Below, in pieces: positions 49,501-61,759 of a DNA stretch of 64,000 nt (position 1 is its first letter; the number at the start of each line of letters is the position of its first letter). Where the stretch lies: assembly GCF_009834535.1 (NCBI RefSeq), contig NC_045697.1, positions 66,218,001 to 66,282,000 of the forward strand. The letters are read 5' to 3'. The notes beneath the pieces are model-generated. The model made no database searches. It worked only from the letters and a program-made list of their open reading frames with translations, and was not told the DNA's origin. Origin of the DNA: Camelus ferus. Its lineage: Eukaryota. The translations under genes and the position numbers were made by a program.

Positions 49501-51034
49501 CAAAGAACTTTCTAAAATTGCAGTAATATGATTTGTTCACTGCCTGGATTTTCAGTGCATTTGTCTCCACAACAAGCAAAACTTGAGCTCAAGTTACCCA
49601 GGCAATGCTATCAGGTGACGACCAGCTCTCCCTCTCCCTGTGTGCTGTTTCTTTGCCAGGAGCCACTATATTTGGATCTATGTGTAACAGTTGACACTTT
49701 GGCTCAAGTGGTAATGAACCAACTCATGTCTTTTCTAGGAGGGGATGATACTTGTTTGCCCCGTGGATCATACTGAAATATCTGTGAAATAGATAGGATT
49801 TTGATTTTCCTAGGAGTGTTTCTGCTTTCTTTTAAAATAACTAAAAGTTCTCCTTGTACTCTAAGGTCTCTGTCCCCTTGTATGCCAACGGGATCTCTTG
49901 TTCAAAATTTACATATGTTTTTGTCTTTGGGACAGAAGCACTTAAGTGTTTAAGAGGCTAAGTTCCAAAATGATAATTCTGACTTAATCATATATAACTC
50001 AAATATTATATTATACTATATTATATTGTATAAAAGTAGTATAAATTTTAAAATACACATTTAATAGTATAAATAATACATTTTATAAGTAATATAAAAT
50101 TATACTAATATAACAAAAAGGCTGCAAGAATTTTTCAAAGAATCTGGCCAGACAGATATAAAGAAAACTAGGGCTGCCCTCAGTTTTTTCCCCTAAAGAT
50201 TAAATCCTACATAGAAAGACTTGTCAGCCTAATACATCTCATTAAAGGAGACATTCAACTGATATTAATTTGGAAAATGTGCCTTGTTTATCTCACTGTG
50301 GTATTCATTTTGCCTATGTTTTCATAGTAGTTTTTGTCAAATTACTTTAATAATATGGTGTGTTGAATGTGTTTGTTTAAAAAATTACCAAATTTTCTTT
50401 TGACATTTACTGTAGCTTTGATTAAGACTGCTCTACTAAGATTGACTAAGATGTATCTATATCAAGTACCTTGGTTAAATTAAAAAGAAAATAAAATTAG
50501 GTATTTTAAAATATCTGATGGTTTGAATTTATCTGAATGAAATTTGCGAATATTTTTCAGATTTAATTTGGATGTTTGACTTTGCACAGATGGAACAACC
50601 ATACGCATGTTCTCAAATTTTGCTTCCTAGAAGAAATTCATAGAGAAAAACAAATATCCTGTGGAGATTTTAATTTGATATTTTTGGTTCTTTTTCACAT
50701 ACTGAAAGATATGTTATTATTAAGAGGCCCTTTTCTGTAAGGAAAGCTATAAATCTTAATAGAAATAATGGTTGCAGCTTAAACTATTTGAAGAAAATTT
50801 TCTTTATGATCAGGTTTAGAGATTTACCTCTTAATCCTGAAATGACTTTTATTATGATTAATCTTTTTATCTTATTGTAGCTTTTCACCTAATACTCATT
50901 TATGCAAAGACATAAAAATTGTCAAGTTTACATCCTAAATTAGACTCACATCAGGCTGAATCAGACTGGCTTGAAAGAAATTTTCAGAGATACAAACATC
51001 CATAATATACTCTGTGAAAGCACTCACTTATTTT

Positions 51035-51270
51035 AATTAAGTACATGTGCTCTATAGTCAAATTATTTGGGCTCAAAATCTAGCTCTGCCTATACCAGCC
51101 AGCTATACTACTGTGAGTAAGTCATATTAACTCTATTCATTCATTTCCTCATCTGAGAATACTAGTACCTAGCTCCTATGGTTGCTGTGAGGATGAGATA
51201 AATCAATACATGCAAAGGATTCAGAAGATTATCTAGCTATTAGTGTTGATAAGTAAGAGTTATTATTTAT
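51035..51270 (+). mobile_element. MIR
   Basis: GGGCTCAAAATCTAGCTCTGCC...TTTCCTCATCTG...GTACCTAGCTCCTATGGTTGCTGTGAGGATGAGAT. Confidence 0.8.
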
Positions 51271-53052
51271 AATTCTAATTTTTCCCAAAGATATTTGTTA
51301 TGTGTATATGCCACTGTATAGAACAATATATGCGAAATAATGTTATGTTAATATATATAAAAATGCTACTCTTAATTTTTCATCTATAATAAAAGTAAAA
51401 TGTTTTCAGAGAAAATTTGAGAAGTACAAAAAAAAATAGAAGTAAAATAAAATTATTTCACTACCCAGAGGCAACCATTGATAGTATTTCTATATAGACT
51501 TTTCAAAATTCTGAAATGTTAAGATTTAATGCCTAAAGTAATAATATTTAAGTAAAAATGAATTAATTTTATTATTTGTCTATAGCAAAACTGCAGTTAT
51601 TTTGTTAAAACTTTTAAATCTTGAGAAGAAGCAGGCATCAAATTTGGCTAAAGAATAGTTTAAAAATATGTTGTCATATGAAAGAATCAGATTATGAAAA
51701 TATTTAAAGATTGTAGTTTCACATCTCATAGATTTTTTTTTTTTTTGCAATGTCCTGTTTGCTTTCTTCATCAGTTAACCACATAGCTTGCAGAAAATAG
51801 CTTTGAGGAATTTGCTAGAATTAGTTTTGTGAAGTTAAATGCCAGTAGATGTGGAAATATTACATACTGGGAGAATTTGATGTGTAAACTGGATATTTTC
51901 AGTGGAATTAAGAATAGTTTTGGTTTTTGTTATTGATCCATATCCATTCCTTCATATTATTCTTTATCTTAAAAATAATTCTATACTTTAAACAGATTTT
52001 TGATGAATTGATTCATCATTCTTAGCACAGCATCCCTTACATTTTGGCTAGGAGTGACATGTGTTAATGCATTCCACTATGACTAAACATGTGGATACCT
52101 TCCAATGAAAATATTAGTTTCTTTGCTTTTCCCAGAGTATGTAAACGGATTTTAAAAATACTTAGCAGAGGTACTGTCTTTGGGTAGAGAGATTTTACTG
52201 TAAATAAAGTTTATTATGATTAGATTTCCCCTAGGATCTTTCCAATCCAAAATACCACTTGCTTAAATGACCTTATTTGTACGCTAGTCTTATTAATAAT
52301 TATGTCCTCATAGCTCCACCACTGATGGAGAGATACATGGAAAAGCATGAGAAATTCTAAACCCAGACAATGTGGAAAAACTACTTAACGAATCAGTAGA
52401 AATTACATCAGTGGTTTGGGACAAAACGCACTTAAAGAAATTCAGATTTAAAAACCGATTAAATTAAAATCAAGTTTGGGTTAATGTAAGTTTATAGTAT
52501 TATAATTTAGTCAATTCACGTAGTTTTTAAAAAACAAATATGTGTTGCTTTATTCTTATGATAGATATTAAATATTCTCTAAAAATCTGAAATTTAGAAA
52601 ATTATTAAGGAAAAAAATTAACAGCCTCATAATCCTATCTCCCAAAGATAACCACAGTATATACTTTCCTATATATACACAGGCAAGGTTTTGATTTAAG
52701 AAGTATTTTATTGATTTGTGACTCAGAATAATTGCAACTGTTACTAACTCTCTTACTGGTTAAACAGTGGACAATGTAGAAAGAAAATATTTATTTCCAG
52801 ATTCTAAGTGACAGTGGGTTATAATACAACACTTTAATGGGAATGCTTCTAAAAAACTGAAAATGCCTAATTAAAAAAATTATCAATTTAAAAATCCAAA
52901 GAGCAAAATCTAATATTTTCCACTAAATAGGTTTGCTTTTAAAATCACTTATATCAACAGAATATGGGGCATGGTAAGTGCTCATTAAATAAGCATGTAC
53001 AGCATTTTAATGATTAATCCAAGGTGGTGAGGATAAAAAGAACCCCCAATAA

Positions 53053-53150
53053 CGTATCGGTCAGGGTCCTAAGAAGAAACAGATGGTACCTTCAAAGGTA
53101 TCTAATTGAAAATAATTTAATAAAGGGACTCTGTATAAAGATGTAGGCGC
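53053..53150 (-). mobile_element. ERV-L-class LTR terminal fragment
   Basis: GTATCGGTCAGGGTCC...GAAACAGATGG...TTTAATAAAGGGACT resembles a recalled old ERVL LTR end. Confidence 0.45.
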
Positions 53151-54542
53151 AGCATATTCTCCCAGAATGACCCAATATCTTTTATAAATAAGATCTTTCT
53201 AAGTGAGCAATCTCACAGTGAGAATTCTAAATCTTTTTTCTTCACATTCTCTTAAACTCATTAGGTACAAAAATGCAAGACATTAAAATAAGTACACGGA
53301 AAGCTGACAATTTTTAAATTTATCTCTTTTTGGTTTTGGCTTCTCAACTCTTTTTACACGAAGGCAAACTTGGAAACTAAGGAAAATGAATAAGACTTCT
53401 TCCCAGCCTGCCCTGCCTCCCAGGCTGGGGAGATTAATTTCTTGGCACCACCACAATTGGGAAGTTGTGCCCCAGGCCTACTTCTTACTTTCTTGACTTT
53501 CTTCAAGTAACATTTTTCTTCTTACACCAAACTTTTTCAGTGATTGACCTACATGTTTTGTTTCCATCTCATCTCCAAAAATCACATATTCTCTATCCTT
53601 TCAACCACCCACCAGACTCCTCAAAGAAATGACTTTATTTGAGCAAAACATCAGACTGGCTAAAGCTGGCTCTCATCAAAAGGAATATTCTCTTCTGAAT
53701 TCTCAAACTTGGAGCTCCCGAGTACTTTTTCGGTGACCAGACTATCTACCCTTCATATTGATATCCCTCACTTACCAACTGGCTTCTTTGCTTACCGGAC
53801 ATTGCCAGGGAAATGCATAGTCCCTTCAAAATTTGCCACTCTTCCTTCAGTATCAGTCGGTTATCAATACTACCCCCCAAACCCAGACTTGAAACTTTGA
53901 AACTAGTTTTTAAAAGTTTAAACTTCTTTTTAACTTCTTCCTCAATCATATGCTTATTCAGTTACCTAAGCATCATGCACCTGTTCTTAGAGTCTTTCTC
54001 ATCCATTAATTCCTTTCCACTCTGTGCCTGGTTTAGCTCTGGCCCCTCTCTCAGGGTTCCCTAGTAAGCTTTAGAATGACAGTATGCATTTCTCCTTAGG
54101 TTACTAAATGTTTCTTTAGGTGTTAGAATAGTTAATCTTCCTCTCCATTCCAGATTTTAAAAATTAAATACTCATACTTATGAGTGGTTTATTTGTCTTT
54201 CAGGATTAGGACTTAAAAGGTAAAATGACTTAGAGCAATATAGAAACTTTTAAAAGACTGGCACTTTATAGTTTATTGGGTGCAACTGTAAAAACTCATC
54301 ATAGCCATGCCATCTTGTAATTTAAAGTCTCTGTTATTTTTGAAGTACTGCAACAGGATTCTGAGTCATCCATTGGATAATAAAATGTTAGATCAAACAT
54401 TTATACATATAGGTAAATACTCTGTTTAGAGGGAATATTCCTAAAAACTCTTCCTGCTAAATCAGTTAATCTTTTGATCTACTTTTTTTTTCTACTTCAG
54501 CTTTTTGTGCATTTTTTGATAAAGTGATGAGGTTTTCTTTGT

Positions 54543-54765
54543 GGCTAGTGCCTCATTGCTTAGCCCATAGAGTTAATGAGGTTAAGGACATTGGTCTGAT
54601 TTCCCAATGGTTCAGTTATCTTCTCCTTAGTCTGTAGTCACAGACTGTCCTTTAAACCATGGCCAACCATTTCATAAATGTTAGTCATGAGGGAGACGGA
54701 GAAGGGGAGTCAGAATGGCTCAGTGTCAATTCATTCTAAAACAAGTTAAGGCACATACCCACCAG
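54543..54765 (+). mobile_element. MamSINE1-like ancient tRNA SINE
   Basis: GGCTAGTGCCTCATTGCTTAG...TAATGAGGTTAAGG...CAGTTATCTTC...GTCACAGACTG...GTCATGAGGGAGAC...ATGGCTCAGTG follows the recalled MamSINE1 consensus in order. Confidence 0.72.
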
Positions 54766-54934
54766 AAGTTGTTCAAGAGTTTCATCTTCTCTTATATAGA
54801 AGTAACTCAGCTTTTATTTAATTTCCATAATTTGGTGCAGATTGCACCTCTGTGGTCCTCAATAGTGTTAGTTGCTAGAGATTTCCATTTTCCTTCTCTG
54901 GTCTTTAAGCTGGATGGCTTATTGAATTTACTGA

Positions 54935-55145
54935 GACAGTGTGTTGAGATGAAAAGGACAGAGTTTTTGGAGTCAGATCATCTGCTCTACTTCTATTATT
55001 AATTAGTTGTGTGCCTTTAGTTAAGTTTCTTAATCTCCAAGTTTGTTTTGTCCTTTGAAAGAATACCTACTTTATATGGTTGTAAGAATTAAATAACATA
55101 CCTAAGTCAAGAACTTAGTACATGTATAATGAATGTTAATGTTCC
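54935..55145 (+). mobile_element. MIR
   Basis: TTTGGAGTCAGA...TAGTTGTGTGCCTTTAG...TACCTACTTTATATGGTTGTAAGAATTAAAT. Confidence 0.7.
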
Positions 55146-55204
55146 CTATTTGTCTTGTGTGATACATAAATAAAGCTAATCAATTGGTTAGGAAAGTTTC
55201 ATAT

Positions 55205-55480
55205 GGCTACCATGTATTTAACATCTTCTTGATGCCAAACATGCTGCACAGTGCTTTATATATACATATATGTGTGTGTGTGTGTGTGTGTGGTGTGTGT
55301 GTGTGTGTGTGTGTGTATGTACATGAAATTTCTACTTCTTATGATAACCTCAAACATTATTTATCATTATCATTTCCTTTAAGATGAGGAAACTGAGATA
55401 AATTGCTGCTGTCTGGGATGCACGCTTCTCATCCAAGCATAGTACACAGTAAATTGAGGATTTTGGAATACTTCTAGGAA
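55205..55480 (-). mobile_element. MIR with internal (TG)n
   Basis: AGTGCTTTATATA...TAAGATGAGGAAACTGAGA core. Confidence 0.7.
55271..55316. repeat. Interrupted (TG)n microsatellite
   Basis: Read directly; single phase shift near 55293. Confidence 0.95.
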
Positions 55481-55481
55481 A

Positions 55482-55652
55482 GTGGTTTTTAAATATTGCA
55501 GTTGAATGATTCTCTGGAGGGGGATATTTATTAAAAGGGTGGGATCCTGGGCCCACCTGCAAGGATCCTGGGTCTGAGTGGGGACCAGGAAACTGCAGTT
55601 TTAACAAGCTGTCTGTGCCATTTTGACGCAGTTCTTTGGAGGACACTTGGAT
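55482..55652. mobile_element. MER5A-like hAT MITE
   Basis: AGTGGTTTTTAAA...GATCCTGGGCCCACC...GTGGGGACCAGGAAACTGCAGTTTTAACAAGC. Confidence 0.7.
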
Positions 55653-55959
55653 AAACATTAACCTGTGCATCATACTTTAATTTGGTTCACTTCCCCTATA
55701 CCCCAGGCTTTAAACTGTGGTAGGAGGAGGAGGATTCTGAGGCAGGCTAGCACCTGCAGGCAAACATTGAATTTGCATAGGTAAGCAACACTCCCCTCAC
55801 TCTCAACTCTTCTTCATCATCTCAAGATGCTTACCCTCCAGTGATACCTTCATACACTGCCTGCAGTTCTTGATGTCATTAGTTCATTCAGGCTCCGATT
55901 AACTGTATCAGTAGCAAACTGGAGGAAGAGCAGAAATGAGACCCTTACAGGGTAATTCT

Positions 55960-56110
55960 AGCCATCGCCTGGGGGAATTGTCACAAGCTGTAATCTCTTG
56001 TAAACTCAATTTCCTTGATGGGATGACATTTGTCTTATAAAGTTATTGTAAGGATTACTACACTATCTAGCACGTAATAGGTATTTGTAAATGGTAGCTA
56101 TTATTATTAT
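55960..56110 (+). mobile_element. MIR fragment
   Basis: CTCAATTTCCTT...GTTATTGTAAGGATTA...TAGCACGTAATAGGTA...AAATGGTAGCTATTATT. Confidence 0.65.
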
Positions 56111-56209
56111 TTATTGTAATATATATTGAAGCACTCTCCAAATCAGCTCACACTAGCAAACCCTTTCCTCCAACATAATCTTTTGGAGAATGTGATGAAA
56201 ACTATGGAC

Positions 56210-56645
56210 TAGCACTATCCAATGAAAATATAATGCCAGTCAGCATAGGTAACTTAAAATGTCTTAGTATCCACATTGAAAAAAGCTAAATTAATTTTAA
56301 TTATGTTTAACCAAATATTAAAAAATCTCATTTCAATATGTAATCAATATAAAATTATTAATGACATATTTTGCATTATGTTTTTCATACTTAGTCCGCA
56401 AAATCCAGTGTGCATCTTCACATTTCCATCATAGCTCCGTTTGGGCACTAAATTCAGTGGTAAAGTGAAATGTAGTTCAACCCAAACAAGAAAGTTGTGT
56501 TTAACAGAAGCATGTTTACCTGCTTCAGTTTTTAAATTTAAATTAAGCTTATATAAAACAAAACTTCAGGGCCACAGTCACAGTAGCCACATTTCAGACG
56601 TTCAATATCAACACGTGACTAGCGGCTACTGTTTTGGACAGAGCA
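56210..56645. mobile_element. MER3/MER33-group hAT-Charlie element, apparently nested in an older MITE (~56160-56710)
   Basis: Ends TAGCACTATCCAATGAAAAT ... GGCTACTGTTTTGGACAGAGCA; flanks GAGAATGTGATGAAAACTATGGAC and AGGGGATTCACGGACC look like two halves of another hAT MITE. Confidence 0.72.
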
Positions 56646-57133
56646 ATTTTGGACATTCTCTAGAATTTTGTTTGCACTTCTAGGGGATTCACGGACCTCC
56701 ATTAAGGTGATCCTTGCTTTACACGTGCCTTGGTTAGAAATGGTCCTTTTTACCTTTTAGAAGCCAATTCACAGTTTAAAAGAAGCCAACAAGTTACTTT
56801 CTGCATGTTGACTGAACATTATTCAAATTTGCTTCTGAATAAATTGCTTGGGCTAAATGAAGCAACTTCACAGAAACGGGAAAGTGGACTATTGATCTGG
56901 ACTTACAAAAAATAAGCTGAGATTATAGTGGTTGAACCACTTTCGGCCGCTGCTCTTTATCACAGTCTTCTGGATTGATCAGAGGATTTAACTTCTACAT
57001 ATTAAAGTTACGGATTTTCATTTTTCCTGAGAAGTAAACTTCAGTGTCTTCACTTCCCAGGGCACATAAAGCTCTCTCAAAAAACCAGGCAGTAGCCGCT
57101 GAACTTGCATAGAGTTTTACCCAAAGCCCTCTT

Positions 57134-57143
57134 CTATTTTTAG
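57134..57143. promoter_or_regulatory. MEF2 consensus site upstream of PDLIM5
   Basis: CTATTTTTAG matches CTA(A/T)4TAG (GGCTAAAAATAGAA on - strand), ~350 bp 5' of exon 1. Confidence 0.55.
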
Positions 57144-57487
57144 CCAAAGCAACTGCTTGCCAGTTCAAAGTTTCTGGAGAGAGAAATGCGTCCACTACAA
57201 AACATACAGGCGGAGCGGACCTTTGGCAGGTACTGCTCAAAATCCCCTAAGACTACTACCCCCGAACTCAGTAGTGCAATAGCTTTTCCGCGGCGGCATC
57301 AGCTCTCCCCAGCAAGCCAGCGCCCTAGGCTCAGCCGCAGCCTTCTTCCAGCGCGGAGCTGCCCTGCCCGGCCCTGCCCGAGGGCGTGGCCGGGAGCGGA
57401 GGGGGCGTCCCTGTCCTGGGGGCGGGGCCGGTGGGGGAGCCAGGAGGCGGAAGTTCCCGCGGGCCGTGGGGACGGCGCACGCACCGC

Positions 57488-57541
57488 GAGTCACTTGTCA
57501 GCGCTCGTCTGAGGCGGAGGCATCGCCGCAGCGGACCTGAG
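57488..57541 (+). other. PDLIM5: PDLIM5 non-coding exon 1 (5' end approximate)
   Basis: GAGTCACTTGTCAGC...GAGGCGGAGGCA...GGACCTGAG followed by consensus donor GAG|GTGAGT (GT at 57542), inside the CpG island; resembles the recalled human PDLIM5 first exon; Inr-like TCACTT at 57491. Confidence 0.85.
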
Positions 57542-58228
57542 GTGAGTGGCCGCCCGCCGTGGATGCGCGTCTCCGTCCCCGGGTAGGGAGGAGGGAAAGA
57601 AGGGGAAGCGCGGTGCGCGGAGCGCTTGGAGGGAAGCCCCGCTAGGGGAAAGGAGGGGGGCGCGCCCAGCGCTGGGAGGCTTCTCAGGTGTTTGCTGGAC
57701 GCGAACCGGCGGAGGTGGGAGAGCTGCGTGGGAAGAGGAGCGCTCGGGAAAGGGCGGCGTGGGAGTGGGCGCCAGGCCAGAGCGGGCACTGGAAGTCTCC
57801 GGAGCCCGGGCCGCCCGGGACGAGCAGGCACTTGGGAGCTGGGCGCCCGGCGTGGCGAGCGCGGGCGCGGAGGGGCCCTCGCACCCCCGCACCGAGCTGC
57901 GATGCGGCTGCCGGGCGTCGCCCGGCACCCACCTAGGCGTCCGGTCCTCCCACGTCCTGCGCCAGTCCCCGCGGGTGTAGGGAGGAGCGGGGCTTAACAG
58001 GAGTGGCGTGTTGGTTTTTTATTTGCTCTTACGCTACTGAGAAGCATGTTATTTCCCTCCGAATATTTAGAATTGTGTAACTTGTTAGGGGAAAACTTAC
58101 CGTGCGTCTAAAAAAAAAGATTGTTTAAAAAAAAACCTGTCGTGAACGCCAGGTTTATTAATACTTGCGTACTTGTTGGGGCTTTTGTAAGACTGTGCCT
58201 CCAGTTCGTTTGACAATAAGTGGAAAAA

Positions 58229-58272
58229 GGAAGGGCGTATGGACAGGGAAGGGCGTATGGACAGGGCAGGGC
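58229..58272. repeat. Perfect 18-bp tandem duplication in PDLIM5 intron 1
   Basis: GGAAGGGCGTATGGACAG x2, then GGCAGGGC. Confidence 0.95.
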
Positions 58273-58404
58273 TTGGAAAGAAAATTCGTGGCTGCGCTGG
58301 GCAACGCAGGTCTAGGGTGTGATCGCCAGATCCTATCTCAAGTCCGCCTTCTTGACCGCGAGGACGTTGGGACCCGCCTGCCTCGGAAACAGTCGGCTCC
58401 GGAA

Positions 58405-58414
58405 CCTTATTTGG
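58405..58414. promoter_or_regulatory. CArG box (SRF) in PDLIM5 intron 1
   Basis: CCTTATTTGG = CC(A/T)6GG at the 3' edge of the CpG island. Confidence 0.55.
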
Positions 58415-60842
58415 CAAACAGGGCTAGGCGTGAACCTCTGCTGGAAAGCTGTCTGCTCGGCTGCTTTCATCCTGTGCCTGTGGTTTTAGTTCTTCCACTC
58501 TACCTCCACAGCCTCTCAGTCTGGGGAAAAAGCAGTATCTCAAGATACTGCTTGCGTTTCAGACCCTTCTTGTTACTCTGAGCAGTTCATCACGAGTTCT
58601 CCTTTTCCTCATCCTACCCACCGGACAAGCTAGGATAGAAGTGTGGGAAATACCCACCTTCCTTCCCGAGTCCTAGAGCGAAGACATGGTTTGGACTTTC
58701 CCTAAAAGAAAATCCAGCACTCTGCAGAAGTTCCAACTTTTTCTACGTGTTGGAAAGCAGAAAGGCTGCTCACTATTTCCTGCCTGACTGGTATTTTAGG
58801 AAGAGTTTGGCACTAATAACCAGATGGAGGAGACCTGGAAAAAGCCAATAATATTACCATTGCTTAGGGATCAGAATATTTTAAGTCACATAAAGCTAGC
58901 AAAGAGAGAATACAGAAAGGGAAACGACACAGACTAGAAATGAACTGACACTGGTTCTGTGGTGTAGCTGTGACCTTGCCAGTGCTAGAACTTTTAGTAA
59001 CAAATGGGAGAAGTCAGGAAGGGAGCCCCCAAGTAAAGGGAAGTTGCAGGTACATGGGTTGATACAGGAATTAAATACATTTTCTTGTAGGGAATAATGG
59101 GGTTAGAGGAAGTTGAGCCTAACATTCACATTCTTCTCTTAACAAGTTAAAGATTAAAAAAGGAAGGGCAGGCTGCCTGTGAAATATCTACTGACTTTAC
59201 ACACTTTTTGATTTGTGTTGTGTGCCATTATCGAGACAGTCTTTCTCTACATGTTTTCTGAAAGTCTTTTCTTTTATTGTAGGGAGAAAGTTAAATCATG
59301 TGTGGCTCCTTATTACCTCCTTACTGTTTGTTTTTCACATCTAAAAGTTTGACCTCTGATTTCGCCTTTTTGTCTTTTTAGTGCCTGTTACATCAGTGCT
59401 AAAGTCACGTATTATTGCCTGATAGTTTAGTGTGCTACTGTGCCAGTGGAAAAGCCCATTTTGTTTCTTGGTAGATGCAGTGCAGATTTTCAGTGATTTA
59501 ATTTTCTTTAAGAACTAGACTTATTTGAAAGTTTTGCCTCATTTTCCCTATGTGAGAAGATGGAATCTGTTTGCTTTTAATATACCTAGTGGTTCAAATA
59601 TCTACATCTGCCACTGTTAATATGACATGATGGAGTTGAAATTTTGAATGGGTTAAAAAATGGAGTAATATTTTAAGATAGGTAATAGAAGGTGACGATT
59701 TGGTTGAACAGCACAGACTTCCAAGGAAGTGTGTCTTAAACAGCTTTTTTTTTTTTCAATGTGGCTTTAAAATTATTAAATTATACGTCTGTTATATTAC
59801 TAATATTCTTAAAGAGGGAAATACTAGGTTTCTTAGTATTACATTTTAGAAAATCTCTATTCCTCCCAATTTCTCCCATTCACATATAACCACCATAACA
59901 ACCAATACCAAACTCTGAGTCATGCTTTTTTTCTTTAGTTTTTTATTATGTAAAAGTACTATCATGAGAGTCATTATGAGCATGCTTCCAGCAAAACAGA
60001 AAAAAGAAAGCACTGAAGCCCCTTCTAAAGCTCTAATTCTCTTTCATGCTTTGAGTTTAACCGTATATTCCTACCACGTTTAGTCAGTCTTTTTCTCTGT
60101 AATAAATGCTCACTCTGCTTTGCCTGATGGGGTGTGTATGTTAAACAGAAAGCAGATTCTGACTAAAACATCACTGCTAGAGTATTGTCCATCATACTCT
60201 GAAAAAAAAGTAAATAATTTTAAGTGTGGCAAATACCATATCTCTGTAAGAGGAAATACAAGTTGTAGTTTATAATTGGAGAGAATACTTTTGTACATTA
60301 AAAAGCAACTTCTCATTTTAAAGAGTTTAGTGTTTGCAAAGCATGAATGAGAGTCTACAGATTTGCAGTTCTTTTCATATGTTAGAATAACTTAGAATTT
60401 AAGTGAGTGAAATTGAAGGACTCTTGCCAACTGTAGGCAAAAAAGAATGGGAAAATCATTTTGAATTAAACCTGAAATAAAATTTTGGGTTTTTAAAATA
60501 TAATACGATGTGTTGTAAAGCACTTTGAATTAAAGTTTGTATGCGAAAAGCCACAAATTTATTATAGCAAGTTGTAAAGCTGATTGAGTGTCCAGAAATG
60601 TACTCTGATATGGAATTTTTAGGCTATGGAAATTGGCTTGAGTTTAGAAATTGTATAGTAGCTCATGGATTCCATTTCTTAGACTGAAATGAAAACTTAA
60701 TTATAAACTTATTCTGCATTTCTCCTCTGCCTCCCAAAACAAAATACTGAACTAATTTTGTTAGGTTTATAGTAAATCCATTTAAATATGTAATATGTCT
60801 TCAAATAAACATTTTTGTTAACCATCTAATTTTCTTTCACAG

Positions 60843-60884
60843 TTTCTTTCATTTTTGGGGATTGGACTTGGAGTCACTAGAACC
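60843..60884 (+). other. PDLIM5: 5' UTR part of PDLIM5 exon 2
   Basis: Branch-like CTAAT, pyrimidine tract and CAG acceptor (AG at 60841-60842); ATTGGACTTGGAGTCACTAGAACCATG resembles the recalled human PDLIM5 5' UTR. Confidence 0.88.
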
Positions 60885-60980
60885 ATGAGCAACTACAGTG
60901 TGTCCTTGGTTGGCCCAGCTCCTTGGGGTTTCCGGCTGCAAGGTGGCAAGGATTTCAACATGCCTCTGACAATCTCCAGT
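60885..60980 (+). CDS. PDLIM5: PDZ and LIM domain protein 5 (Enigma homolog), first coding segment (exon 2); gene continues beyond the window
   Basis: ACC-ATG at 60885 opens [32 protein letters not shown] (32 codons), the PDLIM5 N-terminal PDZ with the PWGFRLxGG signature; ends at phase-0 donor AGT|GTAAGC (GT at 60981). Confidence 0.97.
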
Positions 60981-61759
60981 GTAAGCAAACTACTGATTTT
61001 ATTACAGATGTTCATTCAATGCATAGTCCTGGAAAATTCAGAACTGAGTTGTTGAATTCTCTGGATGACCCATGCTCTGCTTAATAGAATTGCTCATGGA
61101 ATTTGATCTCAGCAAACTTAGTTATCTAAAATAAACAAGGGGCTAGGGAGGGAATTTAGCAAGGATAGTTGATTTCAATTAAGCCTGTTTTCTCCTTTCT
61201 TAATAATGAAATGGAAAGCTTTTAACTAGGGGCAGAATCCAAATTTTTGAACTGTCACTAACACTGGGAATTCTCTAGACCTTAGTTTCTTCATATGTTA
61301 TTGAAGTTTTGCACTATGGGATTTTTACTGTCCCTTTCAGCTCCTAAAAGCTGTTGATTAGAAAGTATTGATCAATATTGAATAAAATGGCTGTTTTTGG
61401 TGTTATTTCCTTATCTCACTCTCTGGTGAAGGTGAGAGCCTAAAGTAAAATGGCCAGAGGCTACTTACCTTTGAAGAGGAAATGAAGGACTTGGATCGCC
61501 AACTAGATAGCCTTGGAATAATTGAGATTGTTTACCTCATTATGGATTTAGTTCGAATGTATTCTGCATGTGTATTTTAAGGATATGTTTTCTTGATGAT
61601 ACTGATGAGGGGAGTGATTACAGCTTTCATTTATTGAGGCTTGACTGTGTATCAGGTGCTGTTTCACTTTCATGTCTAGTAGGTAGTTATTGCTGTTAAT
61701 TACTTGTGTAACATTCCAGACGGGTTTTTTTTGTATATTCAGATAAATATGAGTATCTA

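Larger units (their letters stand above)
57270..58450. promoter_or_regulatory. PDLIM5: CpG island / TATA-less PDLIM5 promoter
   Basis: Abrupt GC- and CpG-rich block in an AT-rich window; GC box GGGGGCGGGGC 57418-57428, KLF-type GGGCGTGGC 57382-57390, ETS core GCGGAAGT 57447-57454. Confidence 0.93.

Noticed and set aside
1..57000. HPGDS coding exons (expected upstream neighbour of PDLIM5)
   Set aside because: I found no - strand match to the MPNYKLTYFN...RGRAE start or other HPGDS peptides by eye or in the ORF track; the coding region probably lies left of the window.
57186..58581. Many overlapping Pro/Arg/Gly/Ala-rich ORFs
   Set aside because: Expected stop-codon scarcity in a CpG island; exon 1 appears non-coding and splices out at 57541.
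360..59930. Scattered AP-1 (TGACTCA), TEAD (CATTCC) and further MEF2-like motifs, e.g. 5927, 20468, 40270
   Set aside because: Short or AT-rich motifs occurring at about chance frequency, with no additional support.
60855..61055. Full 66-aa ORF as the PDLIM5 product
   Set aside because: The true start is the ATG at 60885, and residues after ...LTISS are read-through into intron 2.
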